From: Lama guanicoe
Taxonomy: Eukaryota
Reading direction: 5' to 3'
Length of the DNA: 64,000 nt
Assembly (NCBI GenBank): GCA_013239625.1
Contig: MU053156.1
Span: 186,467 to 250,466, forward strand
The notes under the pieces were generated by a model. It ran no database searches. It was not told the DNA's origin and was given only the letters and a program-made list of their open reading frames with translations. Within the stretch, counting starts at the first letter, position 1; each line of letters opens with the position of its first letter. This document shows positions 49,726-61,633 of the stretch, one piece after another. Made by a program: the position numbers and the translations under genes.

Positions 49726-51445
49726 AACAAGAGCAGACAGTTGGCCCACTTCCACACAAGGTGTGTTTCTGACAGTCCTCAGAGCTAGCATATATGATGT
49801 CAGGGGTTTTCCAGAGCTGAATGATGGTGTTCAGGTCCCAGATTCTGCCCTGCCTGCCTCTGGGGTGAGCTTTGATATGTCCAGGGCTCGGCTTTTCCTC
49901 CTGCGGGGCTGCTCTGGCCGGGTCTCCTCTGAGGTGGAGGAGGCCTGCCCATGTCCTGGTTGGAACTTTCACTTTCCATTTCTAATCTTCTTTTTTTAAA
50001 GTAATGAGATTCAATAAAGTCAGGCCCTGCAGAGAGGCTGCAGCGAGGCAGACGCGGTGGCCTGGGAGACTTCCCCCTCGAGGCTTCTGCAGGTGTGACT
50101 CCTAAGCGTCTCTGTCTGAGCCCCAGCCGTAGTTAAGTGTGTCTACATTTGGGTGGAGGTAGGCTGTTTGGGACTGGTACCAGGATGAAAGTGTGTGACT
50201 CACTCATGCTTTTGCTTAGACGAGATTGTTTCCTGAAACCCTAATCCCAAGAAATATTCCCCCCAAAAAGTGGACTTGTGCTATCCATAGGGTTTGAGAA
50301 ACCTTAGGCTTTTCCTGTCTTGGAGCTGGAGGTGGGGTAGTGGACATGCAGGAATTCCCAGACAGGTGGTGGGTTTGTCCTCCCAGTGGTCATCCCCTGG
50401 CCCCAGGGGTCTCCTTGTCCTCATTCCTTCCTGCCTTGGCAGTCCCCAGTGCGGGAGCTCCATGTCACCTCCTTTCCTGGCAAGCCCCCTACCCTGGATC
50501 TAAGATAGCCAGCGCCTCCTGCCCCTGCCCTGGCCGGCACCCTCTCACTCCCCATTCCAAATCACTCTGTGTAGGTACCTTGCACTTCCCTCCTTCTGGG
50601 TCTCCCTGCAACTAGGATGTGAGCTCCTCGTCTGTTTTGTTTAGCCTACAATTGTGCCGGGCAGGAGGAAGCTGCTTGGAACACTTGAATGAATGATGCA
50701 GAAGTTTGGGGTTTGGTGAAATGTGATTGGAGGAGAAAGCTGAGGGGTTGAGGGCGGCTGTCTTCCTCAGAGGCATGTCTGCTGAGCTGCTGGTCTGCAG
50801 TGGCTCTGGGTGACTGTGCTGAGTCCCCGCTGGTCCCAGGTGAGCACTCATCTCAGATGTTATGGACGGTCACCTGGCTCCCTATTAGCCTAGCCTTCCT
50901 CCAGCAGACTCACACTCATTCTGAGTTTGCATGTGTTCATCTGTTCAACAACCACAGGAGGGCTGGCCCTTGCCAGGTACTGTTTTAGGGCTTAGAATAA
51001 AACATTGAAAAATCTGGGTGCTCACCTTCTACAAAGTCACACCAAAACCTCCTCTTCCACAAGTAACCCGCAGAGGTGTGGATACAGAGATTGTTATGAA
51101 CACGCCCACTGCTGTTCTCAGAGAGACCTCCATTCACTTCTTTATCCACCAAGCGGTGGTCGGGAGACCGCTGTGTGCTGCCGGGGTCACCCATAAGTGT
51201 GCAGGGTAGAGAGGCAAGGGCAGTGCTTGGACCAGCTACCCTGCTTGAGAAGTGTGTGATGGGCAGTTACTGTGAGTGGAGAAGCAAGCAGCTTTGGGTT
51301 GTGTCACCACAAAATCAAGGCCATGAGCAGAATTTGGGCCTGGGGAGAGTGTCAAGGCTTTGTGATGTGTGGGGAAGCAGGGGTGTCCTGCTGGAGACCG
51401 GGGGTGCCGGGTGGCCCAGGACAGTCACTTCCCTTTGCCTTTAAG

Positions 51446-51654
51446 CTGCTGCATCTCACCAGGAGACTTCTGGGGCAAAGGTTGTTTGACAGACTGATGA
51501 AGATGACCTTCTATGGGCAGTTCGTGGCCGGCGAGGACCAGGAGTCCATCCGGCCCCTGATCCAGCACAACAGGGCCTTCGGCGTGGGCTCCATCCTGGA
51601 CTACAGCGTGGAGGAGGACCTCACCCCCGAGGAGGCTGAGCGCAAGGAGATGGA
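51446..51654 (+). CDS. PRODH: PRODH coding exon 2 (209 bp)
   Basis: tttaag|LLHLTRRLLGQRLFDRLMKMTFYGQFVAGEDQESIRPLIQHNRAFGVGSILDYSVEEDLTPEEAERKEM(E)|gtaagg. Confidence 0.96.
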
Positions 51655-51840
51655 GTAAGGCCTGCCTGGCAGTCCTGCCACACCGGAGCTGGGCCGAGGC
51701 CTGGCTGGGAGAGCTGGGTCTGCCTGACTGCCGGCCGCCTTCTGGGGTCTGCCTGGGGTTGTGTTTTTGCCCCTTGAGGATGACAGCTCTGGGCTTTCAC
51801 TGAAGGCCTTGTGTGCACGAGGCTGGAAGGGGGGCGAGGA

Positions 51841-52085
51841 TAGGGGTCGGCAAACTATGGTCCCCAGTCTGATCCACCTGGTTTTGTACAGTCTGCAAAC
51901 GAAGAATCATTGCTGTATTTTTAAATGGTTGAGATGAAGCAAGAATAATGTTCTGTGACATGTGAAAATTATATGGTATTCAAATTGCTTTAGCCACACA
52001 GGGGCAGAGTGAAGTGGCCATGGCAGGTGCCATACGGCCCCCAAGGCTGAGCATAGGTGCTACCCAGCAGTTTGCAAAATACATC
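51841..52085 (+). mobile_element. MER58B (hAT-Charlie) with internal deletion
   Basis: Starts aggggtcggcaaactatgg (terminal repeat), then tttttaaatggttga...aagaataatgttctgtgacatgtgaaaattatatggtattcaaatt. Confidence 0.8.
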
Positions 52086-54092
52086 TGCCCACTCTGGTGT
52101 CAGAGGTTCTCTAGCCTCTTGCTCTGCGAAGCTTCTCTTCGGGGATTCCTGTCCCCCTGGATGGGTCCCACTGCCCTACCTGTGCCTGGTCCCTGAGACG
52201 ATTTCCTAACCAGCAGGCACAATCAGCAGACTGGCTCTGCCTGGTGGATGTGGAGTCTGCCAGGCCTGGCGCCTTTCTCCAAAGAGAAAGGAGTGTGCTG
52301 CCAGGAGGGGTGTGGCAGGCCAGTCCCAGTCACTGACTAGCTGCAAGGCCCATTCTTTGGACAGTGAGTATGGGGACAGATGGGCACCTCCCTGACCCAC
52401 GCTCCTAGATGGGCCATAGGACCACATTTGAGGACCAGGTCACCCTCTGCTTCCCGGAATAGCAGCCTCATGGGAGATCCAGGCAGGACCAGCCCTTTCT
52501 GTGCAGAACGCCTGGTTCTGGGCTGATGCCTGCACCCCTCCAGGCTGGCCTTCGCTTGCCTCTGGGCCCCTGAGTCCTGACCTGCCCTGTCTCAAGCTCT
52601 GGTGTTTGCTGTGGCCTGGGAGAGGAGGGGAAGGGAGGGAGAGGAGGGAAAGGCGTCACATGAGGCTTCTGGCTTGGGATCGGAATGTCCTAGCCAGCTG
52701 AGCTGCTGGTGGATTGGGCCGGGGGGCCGAGCCCCTGCCTTGCGATTCGCTGTCGTGAAGGCGGGGTTCTCCAGCTTGGCACCCCTGTGTTCCTGGTGGG
52801 GTTGTGGGCTGGGCCTGCACTCCTCACTGAGGCTGCCTTTTGAATAACTAGTGGGCTGTGTCCCCACTGGGTCTGGGTGAAGGCTGGTGGTTTCACAATG
52901 GGGTTATCTCTCTCTGGTATGAAGAGACCTCTCTCCCAGGGCAATCGTCTTGGCTTCCTCCCTGCCCCGAAGGGGAGCTTTGAGAGGTGGGCGGCCTCTC
53001 CCCGCTCTGGGCAGTGCAGCCTGTGACCCTGGGCTCCCCTGCTGTTGGTGCCCCTTGTGCTGCAAGAGCCCTGCTTGGTGGCTTTGGGGCGTGAGTAGCA
53101 GTCCCTTCCTGTCCTAAGACGGTGGCCGCCACCCAATGCCAGTGACAGGTGTCGAGGAAGGTCTGCTGCCAGACAGCCCTGTGTATTTGGTGGGGGTCTG
53201 GCCGAAGGGGCACAACCAGGCTCAAAGGCGCTGGTTAAACATCCACGCCATCGAGGGGCCTGCCCAGCTCTCTGTGTGTTCTCCATCAGGACCCCTGTGT
53301 GGGGAACAGATTTCTCACAGGCCCCTAGGCCCCGCTCTAGGGAATGATGCAGAGGCCACACAGCCCGCAGGAGTGGGGTGGGGGAGGGAGAGTGCAGGTG
53401 GTGGGGGGCCTGCCCCAGGCACCCACTGTAAGAGGCATGGAAAAGATTGAGGCACCTGAATGTGCAGGAGGCCCAGCGGGCATCCTGAGGACGTGAGGAG
53501 GCCTGGTGGCCCTGGGAGGAGGGGGCCCAGGAGGGCTTCCCCAGGGTAGGGAGCAGGAGGGAGTGGGATGGTGTTTTCCTGGAACACTTGTCAGAAGGCA
53601 GAGGCCCAGGCCCTAAGTCTAGGAGAGAAGCCCCCCAAGGTGGCCCCTGCAGGCTGAGAGCTGTGGGGCTGGGGCTCCTCTTGATGACCGGCTGTGATGA
53701 GGACTGCCAGGGACAGTGTGGACGGCAGGTGTGTCTGTATGGCCGTGCAGTCCCAGGGCTGGCTGGAGGCGGGGCCCGGCCTTGGTTCCCAGGGCAGCGG
53801 CAGCTCCCTCGGGACCGGCTTGTGTAGTGTCTTGGGTGCTGCCTGGAGCCAGGGCCTGGGGGGCTTGTCTCCTCCTACATTTGACCAGGGAGAGCTCTTG
53901 TGAGGGCAGCCAGCGTGGTTTCCCCTCACTTTCTGCTTTTTTCTAAAAGGCACCCAGCCAACAAGTCACCTGATGCAGAGGTGAGCTTGGGGGTGGCCGA
54001 GGGGATGGCTGGGGTCTTCCTGCCACTTCTGCAAGCCCATGGGTCACTCCTGCTGTCCTCTCTTGCTCTGTTCCCCTCTCCACATCCTGGGT

Positions 54093-54148
54093 TGTGCGTG
54101 TGTCTGTGAGTGTGTGTGCACGTGTGTGTGCACGTGTATGCGCGCACA
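54093..54148. repeat. (TG)n-type alternating purine-pyrimidine tract
   Basis: 54110-54148 is 39 nt of uninterrupted R/Y alternation. Confidence 0.85.
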
Positions 54149-55238
54149 GAGCATGCTCCTTCTCTCCGTGGTGATGCGACACCCCCCCCCCAGTCTGGTA
54201 ACTGCCATCTTTGTCTCCCTGTGACCCACTCCTCGCCTGGCCTCGTCCAGAGTGCAGCCCCGTTCCTGATGAGTGTCATCTGCTCGGAGACTGACCGTGT
54301 GGCTGTGTGGCCAACTGGCTCCTCTGTGCTTTTGGAGGATGGCTGGGGCTCGGAGGGTAGATGGGCCAGCGGTGGAAATGCTGACTGGGACTGTCACCTG
54401 GCCGCAGGCCCTTGGGAGCCCCTGGATAATGGTGTCCTCTCCTAGAAGGCAGATACCCACAGGTTGTGGGCTGTGTGATGATGGAGTAGTCCTGAGTCCC
54501 CGACAGACACCACCTTGGGATGAGGCCCCTGCCTGGGTGCAGATGGTGGTGCCAGGTCATGCCTCCACCTGGGGGCCACAGTGGGGGGACCTCGGTCTGC
54601 TCTTACAGGTGCCCACTCCCAGGGTGGCCTCAATGTCCTGTCTGCAAGAGGACTCGGGGTTATTCAGGTGTGATGGCCAAGGAAGAGCTTGCATTTTAAA
54701 GGAAAAGTTTTGGTTGCTGGTTTGAAAACAACCCTGAGAGGCGGGCAGGGTGGTGGGGAGGGCAGAGCGCGGCCTCGCTCCCCTCTCCTCGACTCCGGGG
54801 TCGTTTCCGCTGGTGGCTTCCCTATCTCCCTAGTCCTTGTCATCCTCCTTGGCCCTGACTGGCACGTGGCCCCACCCTTTCCTCATGGGAAGGAATGCCA
54901 GCTTCAAGGACCCACCCACTTCCTGACTCTGTTGTTCTTCCTCCTCCTCACTCTCTGTGGGGGGCTCCACCCACAGGGAGACCCAGGGCTTTTCGGGGCA
55001 CAGGGCTTGGCTGGTTGGCTGGGTCCTGTCTGCGAGGCTCAGAGGGGGTTACCCGGGAGGCCGGGGTGGTGGTGTGGGGTCAGTCACTCTCACCTGCCCA
55101 GGTGACACTCCGCTCCTTGGTCAGGATCAGGGCTCCACCTCTAGCTTCCTCCCCCTGTACCTCCTCAGTGGGACACGCTTGTCACTTGTGCTGGACGTGG
55201 CGTGACCCTGACCCTCACCCTCGTCTTCCTTCCTGCAG

Positions 55239-55273
55239 GTCTTGTACCTCGGCGGTGGAGAGGGACAGCTGTG
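55239..55273 (+). CDS. PRODH: PRODH coding exon 3 (35 bp)
   Basis: cctgcag|G TCT TGT ACC TCG GCG GTG GAG AGG GAC AGC TGT G|gtgagt = SCTSAVERDSC. Phases match the neighbouring exons. Confidence 0.93.
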
Positions 55274-55696
55274 GTGAGTGAGGGGCAGCCATTCAGGAAT
55301 AGACACTCTCCTACCCGCACAGCCCTGGCTCGGGAGACCTGGTGTCAGAGGCACCTGCAAGCCTGGGGCTGGGGGTGATGCTGTGGCTCCTCCTTGTGTC
55401 CCCGGGCACCCCGCCTGTCATTCTGAGTGGCTGACCTGTCCTCACAGCCTCTCCCGGGGACCCAGTCGACTCTATCCTCAGTGGGTCTGGGTTCTGCCTT
55501 CCTGGCCAGGGTTTCCATATGACTAGGGGTTGGCTAGGAAGAAGGGACAGCAGGTGTCAGGCAGGTGGATTTGGGGAGTGGGGAGCAGCACAGTGTGGGG
55601 GCCGGGGTCGGCAGGGCCTGGGTGCCTGGCGTGGGGTTGGAGCCGGAACGTGGCGCAGAGCTGGGAGCCTGCTCAGGGCCCTGCCCGCCTCTCCAG

Positions 55697-55846
55697 GCAC
55701 CAGTAAGAGGGAGAAGCAGTTCCAGGCCCACCGGGCATTTGGAGACCGCCGGGACGGTGTCGTCAGCGCCCGCACCTACTTCTACGCCAGTGAGGCCAAG
55801 TGTGACAGCCACATGGAGACGTTCCTGCGCTGCATCGAGGCTTCAG
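55697..55846 (+). CDS. PRODH: PRODH coding exon 4 (150 bp)
   Basis: ctccag|GTSKREKQFQAHRAFGDRRDGVVSARTYFYASEAKCDSHMETFLRCIEAS|gtggg. Confidence 0.96.
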
Positions 55847-57089
55847 GTGGGCCCTGCTCGCTGCCGGCTGACCCCCGCTGGGCCCAGCCTCATGGAGGTG
55901 CTGGTGGACAGATGTGAGGCTGCGGCCGGAGTGTTTGCTCAGGGCTTCATCCCCATCTGGGTGGCCCAGAGGGTCGTGAGGATGACCTGGGGTGACACGC
56001 AGGAGCGTCAGGCTGGGGTCGCCCTGAGTCCAGACCCTTCCCGAGAAGCCCGGCTGTCCCAGGAGGGTGCCTTCCCCTTGCTGGCACCAGGTGCCCAGAT
56101 GTGGACCCGTCAGTGGGCTGAGTGGCCCCCAGTCCCAGGCAGGGGCTGGACTCTCCTCACTGGTCACCCAGCAGGTCCCCAGCAGCCCTCCTGCTGCCCC
56201 CTGAAAGGAATGAGAGTGAGTGACGCCTGGAAGCAGCCCCCTAGGAGCAGTGCTGGGGCGCCCTGGGCGGTCAGGCAGACCCTCAGCTGCCCAGCGCCGC
56301 TGCCAGGGGCATCTTCTTGGTTCCCTACCCGCTCTGCCTGGGGGCACACAGATGGGAGGGCCACACAAGAGCAGAGATGTGCCTTGTGGGCTTCCAGAAG
56401 CCAGAGGAGAGACATGGGTGTGGAGGCTGAGTTCCTTCTGCCTCCAGCCTGTGCTCTGCTGGCGTTTCTGTGACCCACGAACCCCCGGGGCAGCCAGATA
56501 CCAACGGCATTGGGGAGGAAACAGGCTGGGAGAGGGTGGGCAGGTCTCGCCGGCTCCCTCGCCCACTGCCTGGACCCACGTGGCAGATGCACACCCGGCC
56601 ACTGTGCCCATCCCCCTGGCGAGCGGCCATGTGCAGGGCATTTACAGGCAAAGCAGGATCACCATCCCCCTGCCAGTAGGTGGTCAGCCAGCCCCGAGGC
56701 CTGGGTCTGTGGCAGGCTTTCCCCTCCTGTTGCCATGTGCCTCGGCCTGAGTTTGCTAAGCAGCCACCCGAGTGGCTCCCTGGAGCCGAGGGCCTGCCCT
56801 GTAGGGGTGGGCCTGGTTGGGGAGGGGGACAGATCTGCTGGTGCCACTGCACCGTCTCAGTTTTAGTGACTGGATCGTTGGAGCTCCCTGGTGGACTCAG
56901 GGCCCATCTGTAAGGTGGCCCAGTGCTGTGTGTTGTAGGGAAGTAACAGGCAGATCGGCCACCACCAGCCCTGCAGTCTGTCTCACGGCAGCAGCGTGCC
57001 CTCACTCTTGAGCGGCACAGATTCTGGGCATGGGCTCCTGGCCCCCCACAACTCCCAGCCCTGACAGCTCTTCCTGTGGCTTCTCACAG

Positions 57090-57154
57090 GTGGCGCCAGC
57101 GAGGACGGCTTCTCAGCCATCAAGCTCAGTGCACTGGGGAGACCCCAGTTTCTG
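57090..57154 (+). CDS. PRODH: PRODH coding exon 5 (65 bp)
   Basis: tcacag|GGASEDGFSAIKLSALGRPQFL|gtaatt. Contains the conserved active-site Lys motif (AIKL). Confidence 0.95.
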
Positions 57155-57349
57155 GTAATTCTGAGCACCTTCCACCTGCAGAGAGTTTGTAAGGACTTGG
57201 GCTGCTGTGAGCGTGAAGGGAAGCTCATGTGCCGGTCAGTGCCTTGGCACTGGGTGCCGGGCACACAGGCGGGATGGGGAGGCCTCAGGGGCTACACGGA
57301 GGTCCTGGGGGTAGCGGGCGGGGTGTGCACCTGCGATGTGCTTCTGCAG

Positions 57350-57466
57350 CTGCAGTTCTCAGATGTGCTGGCCAAGTGGAGACGGTTCTTCCACCAAATG
57401 GCTGCAGAGCAGGGCAAGGCTGGGCTGGCTGCCGTGGACACGAAGCTGGAGGTGGCTGCGCTGCAG
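57350..57466 (+). CDS. PRODH: PRODH coding exon 6 (117 bp)
   Basis: ctgcag|LQFSDVLAKWRRFFHQMAAEQGKAGLAAVDTKLEVAALQ|gtgggg. Confidence 0.95.
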
Positions 57467-57851
57467 GTGGGGCCGCCCTTGCCCGGTGGATGTGAGTGGG
57501 CGGGCGAGGGGGAGCCCTGCCCAGACAGAACTGGCTGGCCTGGGTTCCCAGAGCTGCTTCAGGGCCTGCAGCCCAGCCCACAGCTGCTGGGTCGGCTGGG
57601 AGGGGGTCTGAGCAGAGGCTGAGGATGTCCTGGGTGGGAGGGTTGGAGGAGGACCCGCCCTGCAGGTGGCAGAGCCTTGTGGAGCTGCAGGGGTGGGCAG
57701 GTGCGTCGTGGGGGGTGCGGGATAGACCCATATGTGGGGCAGAACCCAAGGCAGAACTGTAGCCTGGTCTCAGTATAGCATCACAGACCAGTGGGCGGGG
57801 GCAGGAGATGTTCGTGAATGGGGCTGGACTGACACCTTCTCACTCCTGAAG

Positions 57852-57931
57852 GAAAGCGTGGTGAAGATGGGCATCGCGTCCAGGACAGAGATTGAGAACT
57901 GGTTCACTGCAGAGACCCTGGGCGTGTCCGG
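57852..57931 (+). CDS. PRODH: PRODH coding exon 7 (80 bp)
   Basis: ctgaag|ESVVKMGIASRTEIENWFTAETLGVS(G)|gtaaga. Confidence 0.95.
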
Positions 57932-58627
57932 GTAAGAGTAGGCCCCCACGCTGGGACTGAGATTTCCGGAGTCTTCTCTGCATCCTTGTCACCCTTGTCC
58001 AGGGCGTGGGCCTTGGGATGATGGTGCTGAGGGACCTGCTGCCCTCCCCGCCCCCGCCCCCCGAGACAGACAGTGGGAGGTGACAGAGCTGGCTGTCCTG
58101 CAGGGAGGCTCTGCTGCTGGGCAGGGCTCCCCAAACTGCAGGGCTCCTTATGGGATTATTTGGGTTCTGAAGTGAGGGTGCCACACCCAGCCGTCCTGGG
58201 ACCCACCCAGCAGGCAGGGGAAGGCGAAGGGGGAGGGTGGCTGAAGTCCGGAGAGCCCCACGCCGCCGCGTGAGGGGCTGGGGGCTGGCGGCTACATGCC
58301 GTCCCCTCCTTCTTGGTCTCCCGTGTTCGGCTGCTCCCCAAGCCTGGCGTGGCCGGTGGTGGCCTCGCTGTGTGCCCCGGGTTCTTACTGCTGTTGCTGC
58401 CCTGACAAAAGAATGTTTGTGTTTTGGTTTCCATTTTTTAAACAGAAGATAGTGTTTACTTTTATCTGTCTTTGCAAGCTGAGCACTGAGGCAGGCTTTG
58501 TGGGGGCTGGGTTGCAGGTGCTCCTTTAGGGAAGGGGCTGGTCTGGGGCCGGGCCTGCAGCAGACCCGCGGCCGCGGGTCCTTTGGGGAGGCTGTGGTGC
58601 CCGTGACCTGACACGCCTTCCCTGCAG

Positions 58628-58709
58628 CACCCTGGACCTGCTGGACTGGGACAGCCTCATCGACAGCAAGACTGAGCTCTCCAAGCACCTTGTGGTCCCT
58701 AACATGCAG
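58628..58709 (+). CDS. PRODH: PRODH coding exon 8 (82 bp)
   Basis: cctgcag|TLDLLDWDSLIDSKTELSKHLVVPNMQ|gtgctg. Confidence 0.95.
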
Positions 58710-59679
58710 GTGCTGCCACCCACACCGCCCGTCCGTATGCGTCCAGTCCCCCCAACCTCACTGTTCTCTCAGGGTGGTCACGGAGGGTCCCCACTCACAC
58801 GGCCAGGGCTTCTGCAGTGGCACTGGGTCCCCAGCACAAGTGTCCTCACCAGCCAGGCAGACACCATCACCTTTTCTAGTCTAGCCTCAGAAGTCCTGTG
58901 CTGTCGCTTCTGCCCAGCCCTGTTTGTCAAAAGAGAGTCGCTGGACAGGCCTGTGTTCGGGGGAGGAGAATGAGACTCCATCTGCCCCTGGGAGGGTGGC
59001 CAGATGTTTGTGGTCTGATTTGAAACCACTCCAAGCCAGGATGTGAGGAAGCTGCAGAGGGGCCAGGGAAACATCCCACAGACACCACCTTCCATAAACT
59101 CCAGTCCTGGTGCCTGCGACCTCGCTGGGAGTGCCCTGGGTGGTGTTCACGGGCAGGTGGGGTGAGCAGCGTGGGAGCCCACTGCTGACCCTCCCAGCCC
59201 CTGAAGGCCACCATGTGGAGACGGTGCCTCTGTGCCCCTGTTGCATGAGAGTCTGTGCTGCGGCTGACCCCGTCTGCCTGCAGCCATGGTTCCTCCTCCA
59301 GGTCCGTTCCCTGCTGGGGGCTGAGGCCTTCCAGGTGATTGGGTGGGTCCAGGGTCTCTTCCTGAGCTTTGTGTGGAAGCAGAAGGGGACCCATCCTGAG
59401 GACCCTGGGGAGTCCCTGGGAGCAGACTCCTTGGGAACAGGCCTGACCTAAGGCAGCAGCCCCATGAGGAAGGGTGTGCTGACAGGCAGCATGGTTCTGG
59501 GACACTGTGTGGCCGGCCAGATCTTAATGCACAGACAGGGCAGGGGAGGGGCAGGGATGAGGCCCACTGGTCCTGGCCCAGCACCTGGGGGCGGGAGGGT
59601 GTCCACGGGCAGAGGGAGCGCTGGCTTCGAGAGCCCAGGTCTGCAGCCCTGCTGTGGCCTGACTGCGTTGCCCCCTCAG

Positions 59680-59772
59680 ACGGGACAGCTGGAGCCCTTG
59701 CTGTCACGGTTCACCAAGGAGGAAGAGCTGCAGATGACAAGGATGCTGCAGAGGATGGACGTCCTGGCCAAG
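59680..59772 (+). CDS. PRODH: PRODH coding exon 9 (93 bp)
   Basis: cctcag|TGQLEPLLSRFTKEEELQMTRMLQRMDVLAK|gtcggg. Confidence 0.96.
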
Positions 59773-59859
59773 GTCGGGGACTCTGGGACGGGCCTGGGGG
59801 TTGGGGCACCTGTTTCACCCGAGCCCCAGACAGACTTCCCTCCCTCCCTGCATCCTCAG

Positions 59860-60006
59860 AAAGCCAGCGAGGCAGGTGTGCGGCTGATGGTGGATGCTGA
59901 GCAGACCTACTTCCAGCCGGCCATCAGCCGCCTGACGCTGGAGATGCAGCGCAGGTTCAACGTGGAGAAGCCGCTCATCTTCAACACGTACCAGTGCTAC
60001 CTCAAG
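59860..60006 (+). CDS. PRODH: PRODH coding exon 10 (147 bp)
   Basis: cctcag|KASEAGVRLMVDAEQTYFQPAISRLTLEMQRRFNVEKPLIFNTYQCYLK|gtgcgc. Contains the PRODH-domain VDAE and NTYQCYL motifs. Confidence 0.97.
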
Positions 60007-60431
60007 GTGCGCCGCCCGTGCTCCCACGCCTCCCGGCGGCCCCGGCCCGGTGGGGAGAAAGGTTCCCAGGACAGCTGCCAGCTGGCCCCGCCTCCGGGCC
60101 TCAGGCCCCAGATAGGGTGTTGAAGGGGCTGGAGGAAGATGGAAGAACTTTTGAGAGTTCACGTAACGTGCCTCAAGCCCCAGATAGTGACAGTGACGGT
60201 TTTCTCCCACTGTTTCTAGCTTGGTTCCCTCTAAGGATCTGATGAAGGCTCTGGGCCCCTCCCCAGAGTTGTGTGTGTGCCTCGGGGAGCCCAGGGGCAC
60301 TTAAGGGCAGGACCCTTGAGCACAAACCTTGGCTGGCTGCCCCGGGGGACTACACACTGGGGAGGCCCCTGGGGACCCAGGGTGGAGGAGCCCATCCTGG
60401 TCGTCCTCGACTTTCAGCCCTGGCCCCGCAG

Positions 60432-60607
60432 GAAGCCTATGACAATGTCACCCTGGACGTGGAGCTGGCTCGCCGAGAGGGCTGGTGTTTTGGGGCCAAG
60501 CTTGTGCGTGGCGCCTACATGGCCCAGGAACGTGCCCGTGCCCTGGAGATTGGCTACGAGGACCCCATCAACCCCACATACGAGGCCACCAACACCATGT
60601 ACCACAG
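60432..60607 (+). CDS. PRODH: PRODH coding exon 11 (176 bp)
   Basis: ccgcag|[58 protein letters not shown](R)|gtgtgc. Contains the KLVRGAY FAD-binding motif. Confidence 0.97.
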
Positions 60608-61633
60608 GTGTGCCACCCCCTGTGGCCCGTGCAGCCTATGGCTTCCTGGGGAGGGGAGCAAGGAAACAGGCGAGGGGCTCGAGCTGGCCTGTGACCCTGT
60701 CAAAGCAGGAGCAGCCCTGGGGCCAGAACCAGTGCCTCTTCTGCTTTTACGTTTCCCCAAAGCATTAAGGGTTTTGTTAAATATGGAAGTCTACTGAAGC
60801 CGACTAGACTGTCAGGTGCCCGGGTCTGCTCCTGTTGGCACTGAGGACGAGAGCTGTGCCCCAGCAGCACCCCTGCCACCCACCACACGAGGCCGATTAG
60901 CCTTTTAATTCCACGCCAGGACTGCCCACTTTTTGCACCTGCTTCTGCTTGTTGATCTTGGTGATCGGGTCCCACAGCGGGGACAGACCGCCTCCTTTTT
61001 CTGGGGTCGCGTGTGCTTCCGATGGGCTCGCGCCCCAGCCACACCCTGCTTCCTTCCAGGGGCTCTGTCGTCTGTGCTGTGTGCATCTGTGCGTTGGCCC
61101 TCTGCCCTCACTTGTCCATGTACCTTCCGGCCCGGACCCTCCCATGTCAGTGCGCAGACCCTCGTGTTCCCCTGTGGCAGCGCAGGGTGCCCACACTTAC
61201 GTGCCAGGCTCTGCAAGCTTTCTGGTGGGATGCCTTCCTGTTACAATGGTGACTCACAGCATACAGTGTCCCTGTCTTTTGTACCCCCGGGCAGGGCTGC
61301 TGGAAATGGAGTTTTGGGTCAGAACTCACACACCCTGCTGACTGTCCTCACTGCCAGATGGTGGCCCTGTTCATGCCCTGAGACAGGGAGGTCCCCCAGG
61401 CCTTTAATTTCCTTCCAGACCCCTTCCTGGAAGTGAAGCTGTGACCTCTCAGGGTGCACGGGGTCCTGTGCCTCAGTCCTGTTGAACGTGCAGCCCAGAT
61501 GAGGGGGCAGGTGGTCCTCCCCAAGGTCCCCTCGCCATGGGCACCCACGGTGGGAGCCAGCTCACGGGACAGCCCAGGGCCTGCCCGTGGCCTCTGCCCT
61601 GTCCTGGCCCGGCTCATGTGTCCCCTTCCCCAG

